Notes: generated by a model from the sequence alone, not told the origin. DNA of 64,000 nucleotides from an uncultured Eubacteriales bacterium (GCA_905205195.1 CAJLCS010000001.1:3523-67522); one strand, 5' to 3'. Counted from the stretch's first letter, positions 48,402-58,081 are shown. Numbers and translations are program-made.

Positions 48402-48515
48402 ACTGCCGCAGGCAATATCACAATGCAAAGCACCCTACCACTGTCCGAAGGACAATACAACTCGCCGTCAGGCTAATATAACTGGAGGCGCACTCCGTAA
48501 GGAAGTGCGCCTCCA
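48402..48515. repeat. Array of about 20-bp mini-hairpin units followed by a long hairpin (REP-like)
   Basis: ACTGCCGCAGGCAATATC / ACAATGCAAAGCACCCTACC / ACTGTCCGAAGGACAATACA / ACTCGCCGTCAGGCTAATATA, then CTGGAGGCGCACT..AGTGCGCCTCCAG. Confidence 0.6.
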
Positions 48516-48531
48516 GGAGGGGCAGCTTTTT

Positions 48532-49932
48532 TTATTGGAGATTTCCGCTTTGCCGGGCCACTTCTTCCGCCCGCTTCCGGAAGATCCGGGGGAAGGAAGT
48601 GAAAATCACGGCGGCGGTAATCAGTCCGGCCGTCAGGTCCGCAATACCCTCGGACAGATACACCCCCGAAAACCCGAGAAAATGGGTCAGCAGGAAGCAC
48701 AGGGGAATCAGAATGACCACCTTCCGCACCACCGCCAGCACCAGCGCCGAAACGGCCTGTCCCAGCGCCACATTGATGTTTTGCAGCGTCATCTGGACGA
48801 AAAACATGATGGACCCCATCAGAAACCGGGGGCAGTACTGCCGGACGATGGCCGTCACCGCGTCGCTGGCGGAAAACAGCCGGGCGTACAGCTCCGGCAC
48901 CGCCATGGACACCGACCAGATGCTCACGCAGAACAGAAACGCAATCACGGTGACGTAGCCGATGCCCTTTTTCAGCCGGTCGGCGTCGCCCTTGCCGTAA
49001 TTGTAGCTCACGAAGGGCTGCATTCCGTTGCCGAGGCCGTTGAGGGGCAGGGAAATCAGCTGCAAGGCGCTGAGCATCACCGTCAGGGCGGCGGTGTAGT
49101 CCTTGTTGCCGCCGGTGGCCCGGTTGAGGTTCACGTTGAACACGATCTGGATGGCGCATTCCGTGATCGTCATGATAAAGGGCGTCACGCCCAGCGAGGT
49201 GATGTCCGCCACCCGGCGGGCGGTGGGGCGCATTTCCTTCACCCGGAACCGGAACAGGCTCTTTTTGGTGAAGAAAAAGACGATCATGCACACGCAGGAC
49301 AGCAGCTGGGACAGAATCGTGGCCAGACTGGAGCCGCGGACCCCCATGCCGAGGGTGAAAATAAACAGCGGGTCCAGCGCAATGTTGGTGACGGCGCCGA
49401 TGAGCACGGAGCCCATGGCGAGAAACGAATAGCCCTGCGTCAGAATAAAGGGGTTCAGCCCCTGGGCCAGCATGACGAACAGCGTGCCGCCCGCGTAGAT
49501 TTGCAGATAGGAAACCGCGTACTCCACCGCGCTGGGCGGGCAGCCGAACAGCACCACGATGGGCCGGGCCAGCACAAAGGTCAGCGCGCCGATGGTCACA
49601 CCCAGCACCGTCAGCAGCAGAAAGGCGGTGTTGAAAATCCGGTTGGCCTCGTCCGTGCGGCCCTCGCCCATGCGGATGCCCGCCCGGGGGGCGCCGCCCA
49701 GGCCCACCAGATTGGCAAAGGCCTGAATCATCAGCGTAATGGGCAGCACGATGCCCAGCGCCGCCAGGGCGTCCATGCCGGAGTCGGGAATCTTGGCCAC
49801 ATACATCCGGTCTACAATATTATAAAGGAACGTAATCAGCTGGGCGATGACCGCCGGAACGGTGAGCCGGAAAACCAGGGGCAGAATCGGCCCGTGGTCC
49901 AGCCGTGCGGTCATGCCGGATGGGGGTTGCAT
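48532..49932 (-). CDS. MATE family efflux transporter
   Basis: LYNIVDRMY, NIALDPLFIF, GMQPFVSYNYG; about 12 TMs. Confidence 0.92.
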   Translation of the reverse strand: MQPPSGMTARLDHGPILPLVFRLTVPAVIAQLITFLYNIVDRMYVAKIPDSGMDALAALGIVLPITLMIQAFANLVGLGGAPRAGIRMGEGRTDEANRIFNTAFLLLTVLGVTIGALTFVLARPIVVLFGCPPSAVEYAVSYLQIYAGGTLFVMLAQGLNPFILTQGYSFLAMGSVLIGAVTNIALDPLFIFTLGMGVRGSSLATILSQLLSCVCMIVFFFTKKSLFRFRVKEMRPTARRVADITSLGVTPFIMTITECAIQIVFNVNLNRATGGNKDYTAALTVMLSALQLISLPLNGLGNGMQPFVSYNYGKGDADRLKKGIGYVTVIAFLFCVSIWSVSMAVPELYARLFSASDAVTAIVRQYCPRFLMGSIMFFVQMTLQNINVALGQAVSALVLAVVRKVVILIPLCFLLTHFLGFSGVYLSEGIADLTAGLITAAVIFTSFPRIFRKRAEEVARQSGNLQ

Positions 49933-49995
49933 CAAAAAAGAGCCTCCTTTTGGCAACAGGATGCGCCGCCCCGGAAGGGCGGCGCGAAAAAACGG

Positions 49996-51123
49996 TCAAA
50001 GAGCCAGCAGATCGGGCTTGACCAGGGCATTTTCCAGCAGATCGGCCACAAAGGCGCAGGCCTTGTCCTGCCGGACGGCGGCAAGCCAGTTTTCCGTCGT
50101 TTTTTCCTTCAGATCAAAGAACTTCCGTAGCAGCGCAATGACGGTTTTCATGCCGTAGCGCTGATACACCTGCCACAGCAGCACCGTACCGGCCAGCGGC
50201 ACGTTGGCGGGACGGCTGCCGTCCGGCGTCCGGATGGGGCCGGGCTGCTGCTGGTAGGCGGCGAAGAGCCGGGCCTTTTCCTGCTCCAGCAGCTCGCCTT
50301 TCCCGGCGTGGAGCAGCATCAGGTTGGACAGCCACCGGGCACCGGTTTCGTTGAGCCAGTCTTCAAAGCTGTCCGTGGCGGCGCCGCAGGCCCAGCGGCG
50401 GCCAAGCTCGTGGCCCAGCGCGCTGCAATAGGATTCCTCGCTGCCGTCGCCGCACAGGACGATCAGACCGGGACGGGCATAGGAGTCGTCCCATTCTCCC
50501 TCGTCCAGCAGCAGAAGGCTTACATGGGGCGCCGGGCGGGCGCCGAAGAGCCGCGTGTCGTAGTCCAGACAGCCGGCGGCGTAGGAAATCATGTCCGTGA
50601 TGCAGGGAATGGAGGCGGATCGGGTGCAGTAGGCCGTGAAGCCTCCGGCGGAGACGCTGTGGTAGCAGCCCCGGCGCAGGCAGATGAGATTGGCACACTC
50701 CGGCGCATCCGGCGTCCAGAGCTGGCATTTGTACCGGCGTCCGTCGGCGTCGTGATGTCCGTCGATCAGGTCAAAGCCGTCGAAGCCCTGCCGCAGGACG
50801 CAGCGGGTTTCCTCGACGCAGGCAGACAGACGCCGGGGGAAGCACCCGGCGTAGCCGTTGAGAAGAATCTTGTGGTCCGACACGCCGAACAGATCTCCTG
50901 TGGCCAGGACGCACCGGTAGCGGAACCGGTGGGGCCGGTCGGCGGCGAAGGTATAGACCGTGAAGGGGCCGTCCGGCGCGGGGGCCGCCTGAAAATCGTC
51001 GTCCGCCTCTTCCGGCACGGCGTTTTGGGGCAGCTCCAGCGTTTTCTGCCCGGCGGGCAGCACGGCCTCCACGGTTAGGGTGGTATTGTGCAAATCCAGA
51101 TAAAAGATTGCTTGCTGAGACAT
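49996..51123 (-). CDS. M1/gluzincin-like peptidase homologue with a variant zinc motif
   Basis: GHELGRRW...EDWLNETG matches HExxH-x(n)-E spacing, but the second His is Arg. Confidence 0.6.
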   Translation of the reverse strand: MSQQAIFYLDLHNTTLTVEAVLPAGQKTLELPQNAVPEEADDDFQAAPAPDGPFTVYTFAADRPHRFRYRCVLATGDLFGVSDHKILLNGYAGCFPRRLSACVEETRCVLRQGFDGFDLIDGHHDADGRRYKCQLWTPDAPECANLICLRRGCYHSVSAGGFTAYCTRSASIPCITDMISYAAGCLDYDTRLFGARPAPHVSLLLLDEGEWDDSYARPGLIVLCGDGSEESYCSALGHELGRRWACGAATDSFEDWLNETGARWLSNLMLLHAGKGELLEQEKARLFAAYQQQPGPIRTPDGSRPANVPLAGTVLLWQVYQRYGMKTVIALLRKFFDLKEKTTENWLAAVRQDKACAFVADLLENALVKPDLLAL

Positions 51124-51216
51124 TGCGTATCCTCTCTCTATCGGTTCGGGTTGATAACGGAATAATGAATGATTATAGCAGGATTCCTTCCGTTTCACAA
51201 GAGGGAAAAATGATTT

Positions 51217-52035
51217 TTACGGCTGGCGCAGGGCAAGCTGATAAAAGGCCACGGCGCTGGCCGCGGCGACGTTCAGCGAATCCACGCCGTGGGTCATGGG
51301 AATCCGGACGGTGTAGTCGCAGGCGGCAATGGTACGCTCCGGCAGGCCGTCTCCCTCGGTGCCCAGCACGATGGCCAGCTTCTCCTCTGCCGCCAGCCGG
51401 GGGTCCCACAGCGGCAGCGTGTCGTCCCGCAGGGCCATGGCCACGGTTTTGAAGCCGAGCTGCCGGAGCATGGCCATCCAGCCGTCCTCTGGCAGCCATG
51501 CAAAGGGCACCGCAAACACGTTTCCCATGCTGACCCGGGCGGCCCGGCGGTACAGCGGGTCGGTGCAGCCGGGGGTCAGCAGGACCGCGTCCATGTTCAG
51601 CGCGGCGGCGGAGCGGAAAATGGCCCCCAGATTGGTGGGGTTCATCACGTCCTCCAGTACGGCAATCCGCCGGGCGCCCGCGCAGAGTGCCTCCGGTGCC
51701 GGCAGTGCCCGGCGGCGCATGGCGCACAGCAGCCCCCGGGTCAGGTGAAAGCCGGTGATCCGGCAAAGCACCTCCGGCGGCGCGACGTACACCGGCAGAT
51801 CCGCCGGAAACAGGTCCGGCAGCGCCCGGGCGGCGGGAGCACGGGGGCCGTCCTCCATTAGCGCCGAGCACGGTTCGTACCCGGCGTCCAGCGCCCGCTG
51901 GATGACCAGCGGACTTTCCGCGATGAACAGGCCGTTTTCCGGGTCGGCCCGGTTGACCAGCTGATTTTCCGTCTGCCGGGCATAGACGTCCAGCGCCGGA
52001 TCGGAAAACGCGGTGACGGGGATGAATGAAGCCAT
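51217..52035 (-). CDS. TrmH/SpoU family RNA methyltransferase
   Basis: NLGAIFRSAAAL, LGTEGDGL, IPMTHGVDSLNVAAA. Confidence 0.92.
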   Translation of the reverse strand: MASFIPVTAFSDPALDVYARQTENQLVNRADPENGLFIAESPLVIQRALDAGYEPCSALMEDGPRAPAARALPDLFPADLPVYVAPPEVLCRITGFHLTRGLLCAMRRRALPAPEALCAGARRIAVLEDVMNPTNLGAIFRSAAALNMDAVLLTPGCTDPLYRRAARVSMGNVFAVPFAWLPEDGWMAMLRQLGFKTVAMALRDDTLPLWDPRLAAEEKLAIVLGTEGDGLPERTIAACDYTVRIPMTHGVDSLNVAAASAVAFYQLALRQP

Positions 52036-52114
52036 GGATGCATCCTGCTTTCCTGAAAAAGTAAGATGATTATACCGTTTTTCGGGGAGAAATGCAAGAT
52101 GGCCGGAAAAGAGA

Positions 52115-52143
52115 TTGTAAAAGCGGGAACGCTGTGGTAAAAT
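52115..52143 (+). promoter_or_regulatory. Promoter of the cobamide operon
   Basis: TTGTAA-N17-TAAAAT with a TG extension. Confidence 0.6.
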
Positions 52144-52209
52144 ATCAGGCAGAATGCCATGCCGCGCAGGCGGCGCGGCGAACGGACTGCTTTCGTTTGG
52201 AGGGATACG

Positions 52210-53226
52210 GTGAAGGGACAGACTTGGGGCCGCCGGGGGCTGGCGCTGGCGCTGGCCGCCATGGTGCTGGCGGGCTGCCTGACGGTGGCCGGGGTGCGGG
52301 GCTGGCTGGACGGCGGACGCACCGACCGGGTGCTGCTGGCGGAGGTCACCGGCGTGGTGCAGCTGACGCGCAGCGGCATTTCACTCCGGACGGGGGGCGG
52401 CCTGCGTCTGCGGGCCGGGGACCGGCTTCAGGGAACCCCCGGCAGCCGGGCGGTCCTGCACTGGGACGGCGGCACGCTGACCCTTGGTCCGGAAGCGGTA
52501 CTTACGGTGGAAGACCCGGAGGCAACGGATTTCCGGGGAACGCTGGAAACCGGCGAAGCGGTGGCAGACGTCACCGGCAGCCTGACGCTGACCGCCGGGG
52601 GCCGCACGGTCACGCTGACGGACACGGCCGCTTTGGCGAGCGGCGAGGGCATCACCGACCTGACCGGCCCTGCCGGGACGGTATCGGCCGGGACGCTGAG
52701 CCGGTTCGCGCTGGAAACGCTGCTGGCGGTGACGGACCGGGAGCTTTGCCTGTCCGAGGCGGCACTGCGTCAGGCACTGGCCGCCCAAAAGGGCATCGGC
52801 GATCCCGGCTCCGGCGACAGGCGCTGCACCATCACCATCCGCTGTGATTCGATTCTGGCCCATCCGGAGCTTCTGAACCCGGCCAAGGCGGAGTTCATTC
52901 CGGCGGACGGCGTGATTCTGCCGGAAACCGACGTGTCGTTTTCCGACGGCGAGACGGTGTTTGACGTGCTGAAACGGGTGTGCGAGGCGGCGGAAATTCC
53001 GCTGGAATACAGCTGGACGCCGGTTTACGACAGCTACTATCTGGAGAGCATCAACCGGCTGTATGAATTCGACTGCGGCGCCCAGTCCGGGTGGATGTAT
53101 CAGGTCAACGATGTTTTCCCCAACTATGGCTGCTCCGACTATGCCCTGCAGGACAGCGACCGGATCGTCTGGTGCTATACCTGTACCGGGCTGGGGGCCG
53201 ACGTGGGAGGAGGTGTGGCCGGATGA
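52210..53226 (+). CDS. Membrane-anchored DUF4430 (transcobalamin-C-like) protein with a FecR-like N-terminal beta domain
   Basis: N-terminal TM; GETVFDVLKRVC, YYLESINRLYEFDCGAQSGWMYQVN..FPNYG, IVWCYT; GTG start after GGAGG. Confidence 0.8.
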   Translation: MKGQTWGRRGLALALAAMVLAGCLTVAGVRGWLDGGRTDRVLLAEVTGVVQLTRSGISLRTGGGLRLRAGDRLQGTPGSRAVLHWDGGTLTLGPEAVLTVEDPEATDFRGTLETGEAVADVTGSLTLTAGGRTVTLTDTAALASGEGITDLTGPAGTVSAGTLSRFALETLLAVTDRELCLSEAALRQALAAQKGIGDPGSGDRRCTITIRCDSILAHPELLNPAKAEFIPADGVILPETDVSFSDGETVFDVLKRVCEAAEIPLEYSWTPVYDSYYLESINRLYEFDCGAQSGWMYQVNDVFPNYGCSDYALQDSDRIVWCYTCTGLGADVGGGVAG

Positions 53227-54116
53227 ACCGGTACGACGGGTTTTCGGACTGCCATCCGGCGGTGAATTTCCTGTTTTTTGTGGGCGCCATCGGCTTCGGC
53301 GTGGTGATCCAGCACCCGGCCTATGTGCTGGCGGGGCTGGTCTGCGCCGCCGCCTATGCCGTCTGTCTCAGCGGAAAAGGCGCGTGGAAGCTGCTGGCGG
53401 GACTGCTGCCGCTGCTGGCGGTGCTGACGCTAGTCAATCCGCTGCTCAATACCCAGGGCAGCCGGGTGCTGGCCACGGTGTTCGGTCGGCCCTATACGCT
53501 GGAGGCGCTGCTTTACGGCGGGGCCATTGCGGGGATTCTGGCCGTGACGGTGCTGTGGTTTCACTGCTTTCATCTGGTGCTGACCAGTGATAAATTCATC
53601 AGCCTGTTCGGCAGCCGGATCCCGGCGCTGTCGCTGCTGCTGGTGATGGTGCTGCGGCTGGTGCCCCATTTTCTGGGGAAGGCCCGGCAGATTCTCGGCG
53701 CCCGGCAGGCCATCGGCCGGGGGATGTCCCGGGAGGACGGCCTGCGGCAGAAGGTGACGGACGGCGGGGCGGTGCTGTCGGTGCTGACCTCCTGGGCACT
53801 GGAGGGCGGCGTGGTGACGGCGGACTCCATGCGGAGCCGGGGCTACGGCACAGGCAGGCGGACCGCCTTTCAGGTTTACCGCATGACGGGCCGGGACATG
53901 GCGCTGCTGATGCTCATGGGCCTGTTGGCGGCGGGAACGCTGATATCGGCGGCGTCCGGCGGCGTTTCCGCGTCCTTTACCCCGGTGATGGCGCTGGCCC
54001 CGGTGACGGGCCGGTACGGCTGGGGACTGGGCTGCTATACCGCATTTCTTCTGATTCCCACGGCGTTACACTGGAAGGAGACCATGCAATGGAACATTTC
54101 AAAATCGAAAATCTGA
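53223..54116 (+). CDS. ECF transporter transmembrane (T) component
   Basis: HPAVNF, LRLVP, ADSMRSRGYG coupling motif. Confidence 0.88.
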   Translation: MNRYDGFSDCHPAVNFLFFVGAIGFGVVIQHPAYVLAGLVCAAAYAVCLSGKGAWKLLAGLLPLLAVLTLVNPLLNTQGSRVLATVFGRPYTLEALLYGGAIAGILAVTVLWFHCFHLVLTSDKFISLFGSRIPALSLLLVMVLRLVPHFLGKARQILGARQAIGRGMSREDGLRQKVTDGGAVLSVLTSWALEGGVVTADSMRSRGYGTGRRTAFQVYRMTGRDMALLMLMGLLAAGTLISAASGGVSASFTPVMALAPVTGRYGWGLGCYTAFLLIPTALHWKETMQWNISKSKI

Positions 54117-55747
54117 CCTTTTCCTACCCCACCGCCAAGGGCCGTCCGGCGCTGGACGACGTGACGCTGACGGTGGAGCAGGGGGAGTATGTGGTGCTCT
54201 GCGGCCGCAGCGGCAGCGGAAAAACGACGCTGCTGCGGCACCTGAAAACGGTGCTGACACCCCATGGCCGCCGCAGCGGCAGGGTGCTGTTTGCCGGGCG
54301 GGAGCTTTCCCAAGTGCCGATGCGGGAGCAGGCGGAAAAAATCGGCTATGTGATGCAGAATCCCGACGATCAGATCGTCACGGACAAGGTCTGGCACGAG
54401 CTGGCCTTCGGGCTGGAGAGTCTGGGCTGCGACCAGAAAACCATGCGGACCCGGGTGGCGGAAATGGCCTGCTATTTCGGTATTCAGGGCTGGTTCCACC
54501 GGGACGTGGCGGAGCTGTCCGGTGGCCAGAAGCAGCTGCTGAATCTGGCGGCGATCATGGCCATGCAGCCGGAGGTGCTGATCCTCGACGAGCCGACCAG
54601 CCAGCTGGACCCCATTGCGGCGTCGGATTTTCTCAACACCGTGCGGAAAATCAATCGGGAGCTGGGCACCACCGTCATCATCACGGAGCACCGGCTGGAG
54701 GACATCTTCCCGGCGGCGGACCGGGTAGCGGTGATGGAGGACGGCCATCTGACCGCCTGGGGAACGCCCCAGACGGTGGGGCGGACGCTCTGGGAGCAGA
54801 AAAGCCCCATGTTTGCGGCGCTTCCGGCGCCCATGCGGATTTATTTTCAGTCCGGCGGCACCGGCGACGGCCCGCTGACGGTCCGGGAGGGACGAGCGTG
54901 GCTGCAGGCGCGGTTTCCACAGCCGCCGAAGATCGACCGGCTGCCGGAGCAGCCGCCCATGCCGGAAGCCGAACCGGCGCTGGAGTTGAAGGAGCTGTGG
55001 TTCCGCTACGAAAAGGACAGCCCGGACATTCTCCGGGGCGTGACCGCCCGGGTACCGGCAGGCAGCTTTTACGCCATTGTCGGCGGCAACGGCGCGGGGA
55101 AATCCACGCTGCTGAAATCCGTTTGCGGCATTTGCAGGCCCTATCGGGGCAAAATCCGGCTGCTGGGCCAGCCGGTGGAGCGCTACCGGAAAGGCAGCCT
55201 CTTTGACCGGTGCCTTGCCATGCTGCCCCAGGACCCCAAAAGCCTGTTTGTGAAGAAAACGGTGGGGGAGGAGCTGGCGGAAATGACGGCGGACAGGGAA
55301 AAGCAGGCGGAAATCGCCGCCCTTTGCGAAATCGAGCCGCTGCTGGACACCCATCCCTACGATCTTTCCGGCGGCGAGCAGCAGCGGGCGGCACTGGCCA
55401 AGGTGCTGCTGACGGAGCCGAAGCTCCTGCTGCTGGACGAGCCGACCAAGGGCATCGACTGCTTCTATAAGGAAAAGCTGGCCGGGATTCTGGCGGATCT
55501 GCGGCAGCGGGGCATGACGCTGGTGATGGTTTCGCATGACGTGGAGTTCTGCGCCCGGTATGCGGACCTGGTGAGTATGTTTTTCGACGGCCAGATTCTG
55601 ACCACGGACACCCCCCGGCGGTTTTTCGGCCAGAACAGCTTCTACACCACGGCGGCCAACCGGATGAGCCGCAGCGTGCTGCACGATGCGGTGACGGCGG
55701 AGCAGGTGGTGGCGCTGCTCCGGGCGAACGAGGAGGCAATGCCTTGA
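54089..55747 (+). CDS. ECF transporter tandem ATPase (fused A-A')
   Basis: Two ABC domains: GRSGSGKT/LSGGQ/LDEP and GGNGAGKS/LSGGE/LDEP. Confidence 0.93.
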   Translation: MEHFKIENLTFSYPTAKGRPALDDVTLTVEQGEYVVLCGRSGSGKTTLLRHLKTVLTPHGRRSGRVLFAGRELSQVPMREQAEKIGYVMQNPDDQIVTDKVWHELAFGLESLGCDQKTMRTRVAEMACYFGIQGWFHRDVAELSGGQKQLLNLAAIMAMQPEVLILDEPTSQLDPIAASDFLNTVRKINRELGTTVIITEHRLEDIFPAADRVAVMEDGHLTAWGTPQTVGRTLWEQKSPMFAALPAPMRIYFQSGGTGDGPLTVREGRAWLQARFPQPPKIDRLPEQPPMPEAEPALELKELWFRYEKDSPDILRGVTARVPAGSFYAIVGGNGAGKSTLLKSVCGICRPYRGKIRLLGQPVERYRKGSLFDRCLAMLPQDPKSLFVKKTVGEELAEMTADREKQAEIAALCEIEPLLDTHPYDLSGGEQQRAALAKVLLTEPKLLLLDEPTKGIDCFYKEKLAGILADLRQRGMTLVMVSHDVEFCARYADLVSMFFDGQILTTDTPRRFFGQNSFYTTAANRMSRSVLHDAVTAEQVVALLRANEEAMP

Positions 55748-56451
55748 AAAAATCGACCGTTTTCTCTCTTCTGACGATTTTCCTTCTGATTCCGGCCACG
55801 CTGTATCTGGGTTCCCGGCTGCCGGGCCGGTGGTATTATCTGACCAGTACGCTGATCGTCATCGAAATTCTGATTCCCTTCCTGCTGGCCTTTGAGCGGC
55901 GCAGACCCCAGGCCCGGGAGCTGGTGGTGATTGCGGTGCTGTGCGCGCTGGCGGTAGCTTCCCGGGCGGCGTTTGCATGGGTGCCCCATTTCAAGCCCAT
56001 TACCGCGGTGATTATGCTCTCCGGCATGGCGCTGGGGGCGGAAACGGGCTTTCTGGTGGGGGCCGTCAGCGCTTTCGCCAGCGGCTTCCTGTTCGGGCAG
56101 GGGCCGTGGACGCCCTGGCAGATGATGGCCTTCGGCATCGGCGGCTATGTGGCCGGGGTGGTGCAGGCAAAGGGCCTGCTGCCCCGCAAGCCGCTGGCCA
56201 TGGCCTTTTTCGGCTTTTTCATGATTGTGCTGGTGGTGGGGCCGCTGTTGGACTGCTGCACCGTGTTCACCACGCTGACAACGCTGACGCCGAAGGCGGT
56301 GCTGGCGGTGTTCGGCTCCGGCGTACCGGTGAATCTGATCCACGGCGCCTGCGCCTTTCTGACCATGCTGCTGTGCGGCAGGCCGCTGCTGGAAAAGCTG
56401 GACCGGATCAAGGAAAAGTACGGCTTTCAGGAGGACGACCATGGGCTTTGA
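55744..56451 (+). CDS. ECF transporter S component (CbrT-like, predicted cobamide-specific)
   Basis: RELVVIAVLCALAVASR, PHFKP, GQGPWTPWQM; cob gene context; TTG start. Confidence 0.82.
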   Translation: MKKSTVFSLLTIFLLIPATLYLGSRLPGRWYYLTSTLIVIEILIPFLLAFERRRPQARELVVIAVLCALAVASRAAFAWVPHFKPITAVIMLSGMALGAETGFLVGAVSAFASGFLFGQGPWTPWQMMAFGIGGYVAGVVQAKGLLPRKPLAMAFFGFFMIVLVVGPLLDCCTVFTTLTTLTPKAVLAVFGSGVPVNLIHGACAFLTMLLCGRPLLEKLDRIKEKYGFQEDDHGL

Positions 56452-57322
56452 ACGCTGCCACCCGGCGGTGAAGCTGCTGTTTTTCACGGCGGTGCTGGCG
56501 CTGACCCTTGTTTGCCGCCACTGGGTGTATCTGCTTTTGTCGCTGGGGGCCTCCTTCTGGTACGGCCTGCGGCTTCACGGCAGGCGGGCGGCGGTTTTCG
56601 GCGGCGTGCTGCTGATGCTGGCGGCGCTGTACGGCGTTTTTTACGGGAGCTACCATCATTTCGGCGAGACGGTGCTGTGGACAAACGGCATCGGCAACCC
56701 CGTGACGCTGGAAGCGCTGCAAAAGGGCTGGGCCGTGGGGCTGTCGCTAGCGGCAGCGCTCCAATGGGGCAGCTGCCTGCTGGCACTGGTCACGTCGGAT
56801 CAGGTGATTTACCTGATCGGCCGGCTCTGGCCCGGCGGCGCCATGGCGCTGGCGGCGCTGCTGCGGCTGATTCCACGGACGAAAGCGCAGGCAAGGAAAA
56901 TCCGCGTGGCCCGGCAGGGCATTGGCTGGGGGCCGGGGCAGGGCAATCTCCTGCGCCGGGTACGCAGCGGCGCGGCCCTCTGCTCCATGGTGGTGACGTG
57001 GATCATTGACGCGCTGGCGGCGGTTTCGGTCTCCGCCGGGAACCGGGGCGGCGGCCTTGCCCATCGGACGGCCTTTGCCCTTTATAGGATGGACACCCGG
57101 GACCGGATGTTTCTGGCATCGCTGGCCGCCTGCCTGACGGCGGCGCTGACCGGCGCGGCGCTGGACCAGATGTGGGTCCAGTTTGACCCGCGGCTGGCCA
57201 TGCACCCCATGACCGGCGGGGCGATCTTTTTTGCGGCGGCGTTTGGACTGTTCTGTCTGCTGCCGCCGCTGCTGGACGGCTATACGGACCTGCGATTCAG
57301 GCGGGCAAGGAGGCACTTATGA
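56441..57322 (+). CDS. Second ECF T-component paralogue
   Basis: HPAVKL, LRLIP, ARQGIG, RTAF..YRM parallel the gene at 53223; the SMxSRG motif is altered to SAGNRG. Confidence 0.78.
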   Translation: MGFERCHPAVKLLFFTAVLALTLVCRHWVYLLLSLGASFWYGLRLHGRRAAVFGGVLLMLAALYGVFYGSYHHFGETVLWTNGIGNPVTLEALQKGWAVGLSLAAALQWGSCLLALVTSDQVIYLIGRLWPGGAMALAALLRLIPRTKAQARKIRVARQGIGWGPGQGNLLRRVRSGAALCSMVVTWIIDALAAVSVSAGNRGGGLAHRTAFALYRMDTRDRMFLASLAACLTAALTGAALDQMWVQFDPRLAMHPMTGGAIFFAAAFGLFCLLPPLLDGYTDLRFRRARRHL

Positions 57323-58077
57323 AACGGGAACGGATTTACCTGTCCACCATTGCGGCGGACGCGCCGGAGGTAGCCCGGCAGTACGGCTTCGGGCTGGAAA
57401 TTGCGGATTACTGCACCGCCTATAACATGGACGACAACCTCAGACAGACGGCCACGGCGGTCCGCACCGCCGTGGCGGGCATTTCCCGCCGGACCCTTCA
57501 TGCCCCCTTCAGCGAGCTGTTTCCCTGCGCGGTGGATCCCAGGATCCGACAGGTGGCGGCGGACCGGTACCATCAGGCGCTGGCGCTGGCGGCGGGCTAC
57601 GGCGCGGAGCGGGTGGTGATTCACGGGGGCTACAACGAGCATCTGTATTTCCCCTGCTGGTACCGGGACGAATCGGTGAAATTCTGGTCTTCCTTTGCCG
57701 ACACGGTGCCCGACGGCATGGTGATCTGCCTGGAAAACGTGCTGGAGGACCGGCCGGAGATGATTCCGGAGATTCTGGCGGCGGTGAACCGGGAAAATCT
57801 GGCCATGTGTCTGGACATCGGCCATGCCCAGGCCTACAGCCGGGTACCGGCCATGGAATGGCTGGAGCGGTGCGCGCCGTATCTGCGGCATTTCCACATT
57901 CACAATAACGACGGCACCCGGGACAGCCACAACGCGCCGGAGGACGGGGTGATCCCCGTGGCGGCGCTGCTGCGGCGGGCGGAGACGCTTTGCCCCGACG
58001 CCACCTTTACATTGGAAGTTTTGGAGGCCCGGCCCGCGGCCCAATGGCTGGAGCGGGAAGGCCTTTTGGAGGATTAA
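57319..58077 (+). CDS. AP-endonuclease-2/xylose-isomerase-like TIM barrel; candidate CbiR-like cobamide-remodelling phosphodiesterase
   Basis: TLHAPF, CLEN, CLDIGH, HFHIHNN, DSH, TLE metal ligands; sits between the ECF genes and cobT. Confidence 0.7.
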   Translation: MKRERIYLSTIAADAPEVARQYGFGLEIADYCTAYNMDDNLRQTATAVRTAVAGISRRTLHAPFSELFPCAVDPRIRQVAADRYHQALALAAGYGAERVVIHGGYNEHLYFPCWYRDESVKFWSSFADTVPDGMVICLENVLEDRPEMIPEILAAVNRENLAMCLDIGHAQAYSRVPAMEWLERCAPYLRHFHIHNNDGTRDSHNAPEDGVIPVAALLRRAETLCPDATFTLEVLEARPAAQWLEREGLLED

Positions 58078-58081
58078 ATTG

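Noticed and set aside
48402..48480. CRISPR array
   Set aside because: Units are ~20 bp, non-identical and have no spacers; there are no cas genes
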